The translations under genes and the position numbers were made by a program. A DNA stretch of 64,000 nucleotides from the NCBI RefSeq assembly GCF_001632775.1, contig NZ_CP015249.1, positions 288,686 through 352,685 of the forward strand. Reading direction: 5' to 3'. Below, in pieces: positions 1-10,753 of the stretch. The first letter of the stretch is position 1. The number at the start of each line of letters is the position of its first letter. This DNA comes from Dokdonella koreensis DS-123. GTDB taxonomy: Bacteria; Pseudomonadota; Gammaproteobacteria; Xanthomonadales; Rhodanobacteraceae. Under the pieces are notes generated by a model. The model was given only the letters and a program-made list of their open reading frames with translations. It made no database searches and was not told the origin of the DNA.

Positions 1-202
1 AGACGCCGTGCATCACCAGCGGATAGCGCGCGCGGAAGCGCTCGAGGTAGTCGAGCGGCCGGCCGCCGGGCACGAGGTAGTTCTCGGTGACGATCTCCAG
101 CCAGTCGATCGGCGCCGGCTCGGCCAGGATCGCCTCGTAGTGGTCCACGCGCAGGCCCAGGCCGTGGCCGAGGCCGGGATAGCGCAGCGACGTCGCGGTC
201 AT
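1..202 (-). CDS. DUF692 / MNIO-family enzyme (BufB-like), N-terminal 67 aa only; the gene continues past the left window edge
   Basis: Reverse strand reads [67 protein letters not shown], the characteristic DUF692 N-terminus. ATG is the complement of 200..202. It lies immediately downstream of the DUF2282 gene. Confidence 0.7.
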   Translation of the reverse strand, partial: MTATSLRYPGLGHGLGLRVDHYEAILAEPAPIDWLEIVTENYLVPGGRPLDYLERFRARYPLVMHGV

Positions 203-253
203 CGGTGCGGCTCCGCAGCGGCCACCGGAACCCGGCGGCCGCCGCGCGTGCCG

Positions 254-517
254 TCAGGGCGCTTTCTTGGCCGCGTCCTGGGCGGCTTTGCAGGCAGCCT
301 CGGACTTCTGCATCGTGAAGCCTTCGCCCTTGCAGGCGTTCTGGCCCTTGCAGGCGTTCTTGGCGCTCTTGCAGGCGCCGTGGCCCTTGCAGGCGGAGGA
401 GTTCTCGCATTTGACCTTGGCGTCGGCGCCCTCGGCGGCGAATGCCGGGCTGGCGACGGTGCCGGCGAAGAGGCCGGCGACGGCGGTGGCCAGGGCGATA
501 CCGGTGAGCTTGTTCAT
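254..517 (-). CDS. DUF2282-family Cys-rich secreted precursor peptide (bufferin/BufA-like RiPP precursor), 87 aa
   Basis: The internal ATG (complement of 515..517) gives MNKLTGIALATAVAGLFAGTVASPAFA, a Sec signal peptide. The mature part is KVKCENSSACKGHGACKSAKNACKGQNACKGEG with six Cys in repeated ACKG motifs. The stop is TGA at 254..256. It is followed on the same strand by the DUF692 gene. Confidence 0.75.
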   Translation of the reverse strand: MNKLTGIALATAVAGLFAGTVASPAFAAEGADAKVKCENSSACKGHGACKSAKNACKGQNACKGEGFTMQKSEAACKAAQDAAKKAP

Positions 518-800
518 GGCGTGGATCCTGTGCGGCGGAGGGGAGGCGGCCCGCGACGATGCCGCGGGCCGCTGCCGGGGTGGTGTCCAGGGGGTGACAC
601 CGGCGGCACCGGCCATTGTCCGCAGCGGTGCGGCAGGGACTGCGGCCAGGCATCCGCCGGATATGTCCGGGCGTCCGGCGATTCAGCCGCCGGAAGGACA
701 GCGGTGCCGATGGACGCCGGGCCGCAAACGGCGGACGCGCGGACATGGCGCCGACGCGACGGGCTGCCTAGGCTGGACCCTCTCGTGCGCCGTCCGCCCG

Positions 801-1268
801 GAGGAATCCATGGCCGCCGTGATCGCCCTGTGCCGTCGCCTGCTCGATGTCGCCGCATCGCTCCGGTGGCTGGGGCCCCTGCTGGTCCGGCTCGTGTTCG
901 GCTACTTCTGGCTCGAGACCGGCTGGGCCAAGCTGCAGAACCTGGACGCCTTCACCGAGCGCTTCGTCGGCTGGGGCATTCCGTTTCCCGCAGCCAGCGC
1001 GGCGCTTTCGGCATGGACGGAGCTCCTGGGCGGCGCGCTGCTGATGCTCGGCCTCTGCACGCGGTGGGCGTGCATCCCGCTGATCGTCAACATGGTCGTG
1101 GCGGTGGCGCTGGTCGTGATCGTGGACGTCGGCACGCTCGACCAGTTCGTCGAACTCGACGAGGTGCTCTACATCCTGGTGTTCATCTGGCTGCTGCTGG
1201 CCGGCCCCGGCCGTGTCAGCCTCGATCACTGGCTGGCCGGAAGGCTCGGGCTGCCACGGTACGACTGA
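801..1268 (+). CDS. DoxX family membrane protein (155 aa)
   Basis: ATG at 801 is preceded by GGAGGA at 790..795. The hydrophobic 4-TM pattern (LVRLVFGYFWLETGWAKL ... LLGGALLMLGLCTRWACIPLIVNMVVAV) is typical of DoxX. The gene is divergent from the DUF2282 gene. Confidence 0.8.
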   Translation, partial: EESMAAVIALCRRLLDVAASLRWLGPLLVRLVFGYFWLETGWAKLQNLDAFTERFVGWGIPFPAASAALSAWTELLGGALLMLGLCTRWACIPLIVNMVVAVALVVIVDVGTLDQFVELDEVLYILVFIWLLLAGPGRVSLDHWLAGRLGLPRYD

Positions 1269-1296
1269 GCCGCCGCCGCGCCGGCGGCGTTCCGCG

Positions 1297-1752
1297 CTAC
1301 TTGGCGGTATCGGCCGGGACGTTGTGCTTGACGTGGGCCTTGCCCATCGCGTCGGCCAGTTCCTTGGGCATGTAGCCCTCGTCGTGCTTGGCCAGCACCT
1401 GGCGCGCGACGAAGCGGCCGTCGCTGAGCTGGCCGGTGGCGATCACCGCCTGGTTCTCGCGGAACAGGTCCGGCAGGATGCCGGTGTACTCCACCGGCAG
1501 TTCCGCGTCGCCGTCGAGCACCACGAAGTCCACCCGCAGCGAATCGGTCGCACGGCGGATCGAATCCTTCTTGACCATGCCACCGAGGCGGAAGGTCTCG
1601 TGACGGGCGGCCTCGCCGGCCAGCACCTGGGCCGGCGTGAAGAGGTAGTTCATGTTGGACTGCAGCGCGAAGACGGTCAGCGTCGTGGCGACGCCGACCG
1701 CGAGCAGCAGCAGGCCCACGGCGATCAGGCGGCGCTTGCGGGTGGGCGTCAT
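1297..1752 (-). CDS. ccmE: cytochrome c-type biogenesis heme chaperone CcmE
   Basis: 151 aa with an N-terminal TM anchor and the conserved [12 protein letters not shown] and EGYMPKE motifs. The ATG overlaps the ccmD stop (ATGA). Confidence 0.9.
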   Translation of the reverse strand: MTPTRKRRLIAVGLLLLAVGVATTLTVFALQSNMNYLFTPAQVLAGEAARHETFRLGGMVKKDSIRRATDSLRVDFVVLDGDAELPVEYTGILPDLFRENQAVIATGQLSDGRFVARQVLAKHDEGYMPKELADAMGKAHVKHNVPADTAK

Positions 1753-1925
1753 GGCGCGGCTCCGCTGCGGCGCTGCTGCCGGCGCAGCATCGCGGCGAGA
1801 TCCTTCAGCACGCGGCGGCGGCGCAGCCGCGGCGCGGCGTAGTCGATCGCCAGGACCACCACGAAGACCGCGTAGGACAGCCAGACGTAGAAGCCATAGC
1901 CGCCCATGGAGATGAAATCAGCCAT
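1749..1925 (-). CDS. ccmD: heme exporter protein CcmD (58 aa)
   Basis: Manual translation gives [58 protein letters not shown], which resembles E. coli CcmD (MGGYAFFVWLA...). This ORF is not in the supplied ORF track because it is under 60 aa. It overlaps the ccmC stop and the ccmE start. Confidence 0.75.
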   Translation of the reverse strand: MADFISMGGYGFYVWLSYAVFVVVLAIDYAAPRLRRRRVLKDLAAMLRRQQRRSGAAP

Positions 1926-2682
1926 CGCGGCCTCCTTCTTCCTTCAGTGCCGCGGCACGGACCCAGTCCTTGCCGCCTTCGAGTTCCAGCAGCGCCACGC
2001 GCGAGCGCGCCAGCAGGCTGCCGAGGAACCACAGCTTGGTCGCCAGGGCCATCAGCAGCAGCGGCCAGAGCATGTCGCCGCTGATCGAGGACTTGCCGAA
2101 CATCTTCACCGTCGATCCCTGGTGCAGCGTGTTCCACCAGGTGACCGAGAAATGCACGATCGGCACGTTGACGATGCCGATCAGCGCGAGGAAGCCTGCC
2201 GCGCGCGCGGCCTTGCGGCGATCCTCGATCGCGGCGTGCAGGCCGATCACGCCCAGGTACAGGAACAGCAGCACCAGCTCCGAGGTCAGGCGCGCGTCCC
2301 AGGTCCACCACGTGCCCCACATCGGCTTGCCCCAGAGCGAGCCGGTGACCAGGCAGATCAGCGTGAACGCCGCGCCGACCGGCGCGCAGGCCATCGCCAG
2401 CGTCTCGCTGAGCTTGATCCGCCAGACCAGCGCGATGAAGGCGTTGATCGCCATGACGAAGTAGATGAACAGGCTCATCCACGCGCTCGGCACGTGGATG
2501 TAGATGATCCGGAACGCATCGCCCTGCTGGTAGTCGGCCGGCGCCATCGCCAGGCCGCCGTACAGCGCCACCGCACCGAGGATCAGCGCCAGCGCATAGC
2601 ACCACGGCTGCAGGCGCCCGGCGATGCGGTCGAAGATCGGCGGCGAGCCGAGTTTGTGGAACCAGAGCGTCAGTGCATTCAT
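1918..2682 (-). CDS. ccmC: heme exporter protein CcmC
   Basis: 254 aa polytopic membrane protein with the WGxxWxWD tryptophan-rich motif (GKPMWGTWWTWDARLTSELVL). Confidence 0.9.
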   Translation of the reverse strand: MNALTLWFHKLGSPPIFDRIAGRLQPWCYALALILGAVALYGGLAMAPADYQQGDAFRIIYIHVPSAWMSLFIYFVMAINAFIALVWRIKLSETLAMACAPVGAAFTLICLVTGSLWGKPMWGTWWTWDARLTSELVLLFLYLGVIGLHAAIEDRRKAARAAGFLALIGIVNVPIVHFSVTWWNTLHQGSTVKMFGKSSISGDMLWPLLLMALATKLWFLGSLLARSRVALLELEGGKDWVRAAALKEEGGRDG

Positions 2683-2697
2683 CGGGAGGCGGGCGAC

Positions 2698-3381
2698 CTA
2701 GCTCAACGAAATCCGCAGGGCCGCCGCGCAGGCCAGCGGCGCCAGCACCAGGGCCATCGCCAGGGCCGCGCCCAGCCACAGCAGCGGGGCGGCGAACGGC
2801 AGCCCGGTCTGCGCCGCGTTGCAGGCACCCGCGGCGAAGATCAGCACCGGCACGTACAGCGGCAGCACCAGCAGGGCCAGCAGCATACCAGAGCGGCGCA
2901 TGCCGACCGTCAGCGCGACGCAGACCGCGCCGATCAGGCTGAAGAGCGGCGTCGCCAGCGCCAGCGCCGCCAGCAGCACCGGCAGCACCGGCGCCGGCAG
3001 GTGCAGGAACTCGGCCAGCAGCGGGCTGACCACGAGCAGCGGCAGCGCCGAGGTCAGCCAGTGCGTGGCGATCTTGCAGGCCAGCAGCAGCGACAGCGGA
3101 TGCGGCGACAGCACCAGCTGCTCGAGCGCGCCGTCCTCGTAGTCGCTGCGGAACAGCGTGTCGAGCGCCATCAGGCCGGCCAGCAGCACGGCGACCAGGA
3201 TCACGCCCGCGGCGATCGCCGCCAGCCGCTCCGGTTCCGGGCCGAGCGCCAGCGGGAACAGCGCCACCACCATCAGCGCGAACAGCACCGGGTTGAGCAC
3301 GTCGCCGCGGCGGCGCCAGGCGAGCAGCAGGTCGCGCCGGACCAGGGCGGCGCAGGCGGCGGCGGTCGTCCCGGGCTTCAT
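2698..3381 (-). CDS. ccmB: heme exporter permease CcmB
   Basis: The internal ATG (complement of 3379..3381) gives a 227-aa 6-TM protein starting MKPGTTAAACAALVRRDLLLAWRRRGDVLNPVLFALMVV. ATGA overlap with the ccmA stop. Confidence 0.9.
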   Translation of the reverse strand: MKPGTTAAACAALVRRDLLLAWRRRGDVLNPVLFALMVVALFPLALGPEPERLAAIAAGVILVAVLLAGLMALDTLFRSDYEDGALEQLVLSPHPLSLLLACKIATHWLTSALPLLVVSPLLAEFLHLPAPVLPVLLAALALATPLFSLIGAVCVALTVGMRRSGMLLALLVLPLYVPVLIFAAGACNAAQTGLPFAAPLLWLGAALAMALVLAPLACAAALRISLS

Positions 3382-4025
3382 GCGGCGAGCGGCCGGATCG
3401 GCAGCCGGCGCGGCGTGCCGGAGGTGAACGCATAGGCGCCGTGCGAGGTCACCAGCGCAGCGCCGCCGCGGCGCGCGTGGGTGTCGAGCAGGCGGTTGAC
3501 CAGGTCGATGCCGCCGCGGTCGAGGTTGGCGTAGGGCTCGTCGAGCAGCCACAGCGCGGCCGGCACCAGCAGCAGCCGCGCCAGCGCGACGCGCTTCTTC
3601 TGGCCGGCAGACAGCTGCCGCGCCGGCACGTCCTCGTAGCCTTCCAGGCCGACGCTGCCCAGCGCCATGCGCGGCGAGACGCCCGGGCGCAGGCCGGAGA
3701 CGCCGATCGCGAAGCGCAGGTTCTCCAGCGGCGTCAAGTCGGTCTTGAGGCCGGGCTGGTGGCCCAGCACGGCGACCTGGCGCGCCAGCCGCGCCAGCGT
3801 CAGCGGCTCGCCGTCGAGCAGGATCTCGCCCTCGGCTTCGAGCAGGCCCGACAGGACGCGCAACAGGGTGGTCTTGCCGGCCCCGTTGTCGCCCTCGATC
3901 AGCACCACGTCGCCCGCGTACAGCCGGAAGCCCAGCGGGCCGAAGATCGCCTCCTCGTTGCGGGCGAACGCCAGGCCGCGTGCTTCGAGCAGCGGGATCG
4001 GGTCGTGGTCGGGAGAGGCGATCAT
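3378..4025 (-). CDS. ccmA: heme exporter ABC ATPase CcmA
   Basis: Walker A GDNGAGKTTLLR, ABC signature LSAGQKKRVALARL and Walker B LWLLDEP. Confidence 0.9.
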   Translation of the reverse strand: MIASPDHDPIPLLEARGLAFARNEEAIFGPLGFRLYAGDVVLIEGDNGAGKTTLLRVLSGLLEAEGEILLDGEPLTLARLARQVAVLGHQPGLKTDLTPLENLRFAIGVSGLRPGVSPRMALGSVGLEGYEDVPARQLSAGQKKRVALARLLLVPAALWLLDEPYANLDRGGIDLVNRLLDTHARRGGAALVTSHGAYAFTSGTPRRLPIRPLAA

Positions 4026-4082
4026 GGAACCGGCAATGCTAGCCGGCCGCGCCAGCCGGCGCCATGCGGCGCGGTGCCCCGA

Positions 4083-5033
4083 TCAGGGTGTCTCGAAGCC
4101 GTCGGCGAACAGCCGGTCCAAACCCTCGACGACCAGGGCCCCCGGGCCGACGACCGTGGTCGTGTAGCTCTGACCGGGCGTGCCGGCGCTCCATTGCGAG
4201 GCGACTAGGTAGTAGCTGCGCCCTTCGAACAGCAGCGCGCTGATGCGCGCGGTGCCGGCGGGCGGTCCGTTCGGCGAGGAGCCGTTGCCGGCCTCGTAGT
4301 CGAGCAGGTTGACCAGCGGCTGGGCCGGGTCGAAGCCACCCTGGTAGAGCGCCAGGAAATGGTTACCGCTCGCCACCACGCTGGTGAAGGCATAGCCGCC
4401 GGACACCGCGACCTGGAACGGCATCGCCTGGTAGACCATCGGCCCCAGGCCCGAGACCCCGGCGATGTAGTACGGCCGGCTCCAGGTCGGCCCGGCCGCG
4501 ACCGAGCCGGTGTAGGTCGCGGTCACGTCGTCCACGCGCGTGGTGAGGTGGTACTCCACGTCGCTCAAGGCCGCCACCCAGGGCGGGCCGACCGAGGTGA
4601 AGCGCCATTGGAACGTGCCACTGCCGCCGACGTCCGCGAAGCCGCCGATGAAGTCCTGCAGCGGATAGTCGGCATAGGTCCGGTCGCCGCCGAAGCGGGG
4701 CCAGGTCAGCGTGCTGCTGCCGTCCGGTGCGGTGATCGTGGCGGCGAGATCGAGCGACCACGGCGCCAGGCCGTTCTCTTCGTCGGCCACTGCGGCCGAC
4801 CAGCGTGCCGTGAAGCCGACGCCGCTGACCGGCCCGGCGACGGCGAACGGCACCGCCTGCACGACCGCGGTGCCGCCGACCGTGAAATCCGTGCCGGGCA
4901 CGCTGGCGATCAGCTTCTCGGCGGCATCGGCCGCGCCGGCCGCCGCCAGGACGGTGGCCAGCAGTGCGGCAGCCGCGGCAGGACGCCGATGGCGGACCGG
5001 AATGCGGAGGACGAGGACGGCCATGCGCCGCAT
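4083..5033 (-). CDS. secreted hypothetical protein ending in an LFADGFE C-terminal motif
   Basis: Start taken at MRRMAVLVLRIPVRHRRPAAAAALLATVLAAAGAADA (alternative ATG at 5024). The C-terminus is ...VEGLDRLFADGFETP. It sits 40 nt downstream of the 5073..5831 gene on the same strand. Confidence 0.6.
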   Translation of the reverse strand: MRRMAVLVLRIPVRHRRPAAAAALLATVLAAAGAADAAEKLIASVPGTDFTVGGTAVVQAVPFAVAGPVSGVGFTARWSAAVADEENGLAPWSLDLAATITAPDGSSTLTWPRFGGDRTYADYPLQDFIGGFADVGGSGTFQWRFTSVGPPWVAALSDVEYHLTTRVDDVTATYTGSVAAGPTWSRPYYIAGVSGLGPMVYQAMPFQVAVSGGYAFTSVVASGNHFLALYQGGFDPAQPLVNLLDYEAGNGSSPNGPPAGTARISALLFEGRSYYLVASQWSAGTPGQSYTTTVVGPGALVVEGLDRLFADGFETP

Positions 5034-5072
5034 GCTACCGGCGCCGGCGCGGCCTGTCATGCCGGCCGGTCG

Positions 5073-5831
5073 TCAGTACCACCAGGTCCTGACGTCGTCG
5101 AACCACAGCCGCCAGGTCGGTGCGCGCACGCTTTCGAACACCTGCAGGATCGCCCAGCCGCCGAGCGCCTCGTCGATGTGCGCACCCGGATCGTGCATCG
5201 CATGGTTGGCGTAGACGGTGGCACCGTCCGGATCGCTGATCTGGTAGGTGATGCCGCGCGCATTGCTGGCCAGGATCAGCACGCGATACCAGGCGTTGTC
5301 GCGCAGCGGCGTCGAGCAGGTGGCGGGGAACAGCGCATTGCCGGTCTTCCAGAAACTCTCCACCTGGGCCGTGCGCGCGGTCGGGCAACCGTCCGGTCGC
5401 GCCGACACGTCGCCGATCACGATGCCGCGACCGGACAGCTCGCCTTCGCGCGCCGCGGTGGCCGGGTCGTCGAACGCCCAGCGTCCCTTCAGCAGGACGG
5501 CGATGTGCGCGGCCGGGTTCTGGCCGAAGTAGTCCTGCGCGTAGAACAGGAAGCTGATCGCCTGGCCGCGCACGCCGGCCGGCTGCGGCGCATCGGGGAC
5601 GCCGAAGGCGAGTGCATCGCTCCCGTACGGATTGGCCGGTAGAACCTGCGTGACGAACGGCAGCAGCAGCGGCTGCGGCGTGTGCTCCACGCGCGGCGCG
5701 CCGGCGGCATCGTAGTAGAGCGCCAGGCGGCCCCAGGCGGTCTCGCCGATGCGTCCGGCTGCGGCGGATGCGGAACTGGCCAGCCCCAGCGCAAGCGCCA
5801 GCATCGTCCGGATTCTCTCGGTCGCCTGCAT
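5073..5831 (-). CDS. secreted hypothetical protein (252 aa)
   Basis: The internal ATG (complement of 5829..5831) gives the signal peptide MQATERIRTMLALALGLASSASAAAG. No recognisable domain was found. Confidence 0.55.
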   Translation of the reverse strand: MQATERIRTMLALALGLASSASAAAGRIGETAWGRLALYYDAAGAPRVEHTPQPLLLPFVTQVLPANPYGSDALAFGVPDAPQPAGVRGQAISFLFYAQDYFGQNPAAHIAVLLKGRWAFDDPATAAREGELSGRGIVIGDVSARPDGCPTARTAQVESFWKTGNALFPATCSTPLRDNAWYRVLILASNARGITYQISDPDGATVYANHAMHDPGAHIDEALGGWAILQVFESVRAPTWRLWFDDVRTWWY

Positions 5832-6280
5832 CGTCGTTTCGCGTGTCCGCGCCAGGAAGCCCGGCGCCGTGCCGGTACGGACGCTCATTCTAGGCCAACA
5901 GAATCGGGGCTCGGTCGCCGCAGGGAAGGCGACGAGGCTCGGTGGATTAGCAGTCCAGCGTCCAGATCCTCACAGAAGGTTGCCAGACATGGGGTCGGAC
6001 CGTCCGCGATGGGCCGCGTCTGCCTCGGCCCGAAGCATGCAGCGCAAGCGATGACACTCTCGCGGATGCGATCCGCAGGCGCGAGACTTTCTGTAACTGT
6101 GTCGGTCTTTGCAGAACCCGGCGCATCGGTTAATGTCCGGTCACGTCGCAGGGAGACCCACAGGGGGAAGCCCCGACGTTGTCGTTGAGGCATCGGATCG
6201 GAAGTCCGTTGGGAAGGCCGTGCACATACCCGGCCTGTTTCTCGTCGAGGATGCGGTCCGGGCCTGCAAAGGAGCTTTGC

Positions 6281-9200
6281 ATGACCGTGTCCGCCCCAGT
6301 CCCGCATATCGCCGGATTTCTTCGTTCGTTGTGCCTGCGTCGCGTGTTGTGGGCCCTGCTGCTGGGGTCGGTTGCGCCGGCCTGGGCGGCCAGCCCGACC
6401 GACCCGCCGCCGCCCGAGACGTTGGAGACGATCGTAGTGCGCGGTACGCCCTGGGGCGGCAGTCGGCCGCCGTGGATGGGGTCAGGCGGCTATGTGCCGC
6501 GCTACCCGCGCGAGCTGCGCTGGCCGAACCCGGGCGACGTCAACAACAACGCGGCGGACGACGAAATCGATTGCGCGCGTGGCAATCCGATCGTGCTTGC
6601 GACCGGCAACAAGGTCGAGCGCGAGATCGATTTCCTCAGCAGCGGCGAGATGGGCCTGTACCTGGAGCGCCGCTACAACCACTATTCCTCCCGCGGCGGC
6701 CTGTTCGGCGGTCATTGGCTCAGCAACTTCGACTACAGCCTGAGCTTCACGACGTTGTCGACCGGCGGCGGTGGGCCGGTCATTGGGCCGGTGAACTATG
6801 CCTGGGCCTATCGGCCCGATGGCCGCCGCATCAAGTTCGTCCCCAACGGCACCAATCGCTGGACGGAGGCCAAGCCGGACTGGACGGCCTTCATCCAGAA
6901 GAACCCCGATGGGACCTACACGCACTACACCGAGGACAACACGGTCGAGAAGTACTCCAGTTTCGGACGCATCCTGGAGATCAAGAACCCGCAAGGCATC
7001 CGCTGGACCTTCACCTACCAGACCGGCAATGTCCTCCACCGCGTCACGCACAGCTCCGGCCGCTACGTCGAGTTCACGATGACCAACGGCCTCCCCACCA
7101 CGGTGCGTGCACCGGATGGGAATCTCTATACCTACACCTACATCGGCAATTGGCGTCTTCAGACCGCGACCCGGCCAGGCCAGCCGATCACCACGCACAC
7201 CTACCACTACGAGAACACCAGCTTTCCGGGAGCGCTGACCGGCAAGTCGATCGACGGCGTGCGCTATTCGACGTTCACGTACGACAGCCAGGGCCGTGCG
7301 ATCACCTCCGAACACATCGGGCCGGTGGACCACTACCACTTCACCTATACCGTCACTGGTGCGCGCAGCGTGTCGGCCGATGAGCGGCCGACGCTCCCGG
7401 TTCCACCGAACGGCCAGCCGTACTGCCTCACCAACGGGGAGTGCACGCCGGTCATGGACTCGTTCGGCGGCTCAGGCCCCCCGCCGGTGCCGCCGGAGAT
7501 GGACTACCCGCTGGCTGCTGCGGTCACCACCGGCACGATGACCGTGCTCGAGCGGGGGCCGCTCGGCAATCCGCGCAAGGAGACGACCTACGTCTTCGTC
7601 GACGGCAAGCTCGAAAGCGTGAGCGGAGCCCCCTCGGCCTGGTGCGGCGCGACGTTCCGGTCGGCCACGTACGACAGCAACGGCTATCCGAATCTCGTCT
7701 ACGACGAGAACGGCAATGCGACCGACTACGACTACAACGCGACCGGCCAGCTGCTCAAGCGCACCGAGGCCGCCGGCACGTCCTACGCGCGCGTGACCGA
7801 CTACACCTGGGATGCGGGCAACAACCGGCTGACCGGCATCACCGTGGTAGGCGACAGTGCGACGACGCTGGCCTATCAAGCCTTCAGTCACCGCCTGGCT
7901 ACTGTCACCGTCATGAACTTGACCGGCTACGGGGTTGCGGGGCAGTCGCGCACCGACACCTATGGGTACACCTACCACGGCAACGGCCTGCTGGCCTCGA
8001 TGACGATCGACGGTCCGCGAACGGGTGCGGTCGATGTCCATACCGTCACCTATTCCACGCTGGGCGACCTGACCAGTATCAGCAATCCGCTGGGTCACAC
8101 CACCAGCTACCAGAACCACACCGGCCTGGGCTATGCGGAGCGGATCATCGGCCCCAACACCAATGAACGGATCGACATCGCGCACGAGGCACGCGGGCGA
8201 CAGAAGACCGTCACGACCTACCACAACAGCGTTGCTCAGACGACGAGCTACGACTACAACACGCGCGGCCTGGCCGGGCGGATCACCCGGCCGGACGGCC
8301 GCGTGACCGAGCTTCGGTATGGCGCGGACAACCGGCTCTACAGCGTCTGGGAGGCCGAGGCCAGCGGGACCAAGGCGGTCATCGGCCTGGGCTACAACCC
8401 GGCCGGTGGCGTGGTCAGCCAGCGGGTCACCCGCTATACCGGCAGCGGCGATCCGCCCGAGCCGTGCAACTCGGGCATCTGCGTGCTGCCGACCGCGGCA
8501 GTCACGCCCGACGGCGAAACGGTGGAGGTCCACGGCGATCCCGGTGCGATCGCCTCGTACCTGCGTAGCCTGGGCGTCAGCGGTGTCGAGGAGCCGACGG
8601 CTTCGGTCGAGTTCCGCAGCGCGTTCACCGACTACGACGAACTCAACCGGCCCCGTGCCCGGCGCGGCAACGGCAACCAGCACGCGTGCTACGAGTACGA
8701 TGCCGCCGGCAACGTCACGAAGATCAAGGAAGTCAGCGGTGGTTCCTGCACGGGGACGGTCCTGCGGCAGACCCGGATCTTCTACGATCCGCTCAACCGC
8801 GTGGAGAAGGTGACCGACGCGCACAACCAGTCGACCGAATTCGGCTACGACAAGGCCGACCGCATCGTGCTGGTCAAGGACCCGAACGGGAACAGCACCA
8901 CCTACCAGTACGACGGCTTCGGTCAGTTGTGGCGGCTGTCGAGCCCGGACACCGGGATCACGACCTACAGCTACGACATCGGCGGGCGCATGACGTCAAT
9001 GACCAAACCCGACGGCGCCATCACCTACACGCACGACAACCTCGATCGCGTGCGGACCGCAACGGCCGGTGGGCAAACGCAGACCTTCACGTACGACAGC
9101 TGCACCAGCGGCATCGGCCGGCTGTGCGGACTGGCCGATCCTAGCGGCTCGCGCACGATGACCTATACGCCGTACGGCTGGGTCGCCAGTGTTGACAGCA

Positions 9201-10753
9201 TCTACACGTTGGGTGCTCCGTATTCGACGGCGACTTCCTACATGGAGTACACCTACGACGGTTCCGGCAATCTGACCCAGATGAACGGCAATGCGCCCTA
9301 TCCCAAGCTGGTGTACGACTACACCCTCGGCAAGGTGTCGGGCGTGACGTTCTACGACAGCGCCACGCCGCAGACGGTCGCCAGCAGCATCAAGTACGAC
9401 CCTTACGGGCCGGTGGTGGCGTTCACGCGCGGCAACGGGCTGGTCAACACGCGCGCATACGACCTGGATGGACGCCGCGTGTCCACGCGCTCGGCCGGAG
9501 CGGGAGTGACGGCGCTGGACCTGAGCTACCAGTGGACACGCCGTGACCTGATCCAGACGATCACCAATATGCAACTGCCGGCCCTGTCGCAGGGCTTCAC
9601 GTACGACGACCTGGATCGGCTGCGGACGGCGAGCTCGACGGCCGACACCCAGGACATGAACTACGACGCGGTCGGCAACCGCACCTACCTGACGCGGGGT
9701 GGCTCGACCACGAACTACACGACTTCGTCCAGCAGCAACCGCCTGACCGGACTCAGTGGTGGTACGACGCGCAGCTACACCTACACCGGTAACGGACACA
9801 TCAACAGCTACTCCGGCCTGGGTGGCGCGGTGTTCGGATACGACCCGTTCGACCGGCTGCGGACCGCCACGCGCGCGGGCCTGACGACGACCTACCGCGT
9901 CAACGGCCTGGGCCAGCGGGTGTCCAAGCAGGGTGCCGGGAGCAACCTCGCGCTGTACGCCTACCAGCCGGACGGCAACCTGGTGCTGGAATACGAATCG
10001 CAGCACAACGTCTGGAGCTGGATGATCCGGCTCTATGGCGAGCCGATCGCGCTGCAGCGCGGCACCAGCCTCTATGCCATCGACGCCGACCACCTGGGCC
10101 GGCCGCAGACAGTGACCAACGCAAGTCGATCCGTCGTCTGGCAGGCGAGCAACTACGCGTTCGACCGGGTGGTTACGACCGACGGCATCGGCGGTCTCAA
10201 TCTCGGCTTCCCGGGCCAGCTCTACGACAACGAGACCGGGCTGTGGCACAACGGCTTTCGGGACTACGATGCGTTTACGGGGCGGTACTTGCAGTCGGAT
10301 CCGATTGGGCTGAGTGGAGGGATGAATACCTACGCTTATGTTGGCGGGAATCCGGTGATGTTCACTGATCCGCTTGGGCTGGCTCCGGCGTCGGGCGCAA
10401 TGGCAGATTGCTTGAGCAAAATATTCGGAGAATCTGTTTCTAGCGTGAACGTCAGAAACAAAATGTTCGTAACGAATGATTTCGTCACTACGCGAAGAAA
10501 CTCGATAAGGCTTCCTCCTACTCTTTCAGTATCAGAGTTCTTTGCAGATCAAGGTTTGGTTCTGCATGAGTATTATCACGTTCTAAGGCAGTGGAATACA
10601 GGGCAGCTAACGCGCAGAGGATATCTGAGGGAGGTGTCACGTAGTGGCTCCTGGGCGGACGGGAATCGTTTTGAGGATGCTGCAAAAGCATTCTCAGAAG
10701 ATAATCTTGCTGCTTTCAAGAAATGCCTTGAGGAGATGGATAGATGCAGCTAA
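6281..10753 (+). CDS. RHS / YD-repeat polymorphic toxin with a signal peptide and a C-terminal HExxH toxin tip (1490 aa)
   Basis: ATG at 6281 follows AAGGA. Signal peptide [17 protein letters not shown]. Many YD repeats ([58 protein letters not shown] and others). RHS core boundary [28 protein letters not shown]. The last ~125 aa are low-GC DNA (10380..10753) and contain [13 protein letters not shown], a DUF4157-like HExxH motif. Confidence 0.9.
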   Translation: MTVSAPVPHIAGFLRSLCLRRVLWALLLGSVAPAWAASPTDPPPPETLETIVVRGTPWGGSRPPWMGSGGYVPRYPRELRWPNPGDVNNNAADDEIDCARGNPIVLATGNKVEREIDFLSSGEMGLYLERRYNHYSSRGGLFGGHWLSNFDYSLSFTTLSTGGGGPVIGPVNYAWAYRPDGRRIKFVPNGTNRWTEAKPDWTAFIQKNPDGTYTHYTEDNTVEKYSSFGRILEIKNPQGIRWTFTYQTGNVLHRVTHSSGRYVEFTMTNGLPTTVRAPDGNLYTYTYIGNWRLQTATRPGQPITTHTYHYENTSFPGALTGKSIDGVRYSTFTYDSQGRAITSEHIGPVDHYHFTYTVTGARSVSADERPTLPVPPNGQPYCLTNGECTPVMDSFGGSGPPPVPPEMDYPLAAAVTTGTMTVLERGPLGNPRKETTYVFVDGKLESVSGAPSAWCGATFRSATYDSNGYPNLVYDENGNATDYDYNATGQLLKRTEAAGTSYARVTDYTWDAGNNRLTGITVVGDSATTLAYQAFSHRLATVTVMNLTGYGVAGQSRTDTYGYTYHGNGLLASMTIDGPRTGAVDVHTVTYSTLGDLTSISNPLGHTTSYQNHTGLGYAERIIGPNTNERIDIAHEARGRQKTVTTYHNSVAQTTSYDYNTRGLAGRITRPDGRVTELRYGADNRLYSVWEAEASGTKAVIGLGYNPAGGVVSQRVTRYTGSGDPPEPCNSGICVLPTAAVTPDGETVEVHGDPGAIASYLRSLGVSGVEEPTASVEFRSAFTDYDELNRPRARRGNGNQHACYEYDAAGNVTKIKEVSGGSCTGTVLRQTRIFYDPLNRVEKVTDAHNQSTEFGYDKADRIVLVKDPNGNSTTYQYDGFGQLWRLSSPDTGITTYSYDIGGRMTSMTKPDGAITYTHDNLDRVRTATAGGQTQTFTYDSCTSGIGRLCGLADPSGSRTMTYTPYGWVASVDSIYTLGAPYSTATSYMEYTYDGSGNLTQMNGNAPYPKLVYDYTLGKVSGVTFYDSATPQTVASSIKYDPYGPVVAFTRGNGLVNTRAYDLDGRRVSTRSAGAGVTALDLSYQWTRRDLIQTITNMQLPALSQGFTYDDLDRLRTASSTADTQDMNYDAVGNRTYLTRGGSTTNYTTSSSSNRLTGLSGGTTRSYTYTGNGHINSYSGLGGAVFGYDPFDRLRTATRAGLTTTYRVNGLGQRVSKQGAGSNLALYAYQPDGNLVLEYESQHNVWSWMIRLYGEPIALQRGTSLYAIDADHLGRPQTVTNASRSVVWQASNYAFDRVVTTDGIGGLNLGFPGQLYDNETGLWHNGFRDYDAFTGRYLQSDPIGLSGGMNTYAYVGGNPVMFTDPLGLAPASGAMADCLSKIFGESVSSVNVRNKMFVTNDFVTTRRNSIRLPPTLSVSEFFADQGLVLHEYYHVLRQWNTGQLTRRGYLREVSRSGSWADGNRFEDAAKAFSEDNLAAFKKCLEEMDRCS

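Noticed and set aside
1805-3435. Long ORFs of 509 and 542 aa on both strands overlapping ccmB/ccmC (1906..3435 + and 1805..3433 -)
   Set aside because: Their translations are R/A/G/P-rich with no domain signal. They are antisense or out of frame to well-supported ccm genes, a typical artefact of open frames in ~70% GC DNA.
6179-6280. N-terminal 34-codon extension of the RHS ORF ([17 protein letters not shown]...)
   Set aside because: The ATG at 6281 is preceded by an AAGGA RBS and is followed immediately by a signal peptide. The upstream extension has no RBS and a non-signal-like sequence.
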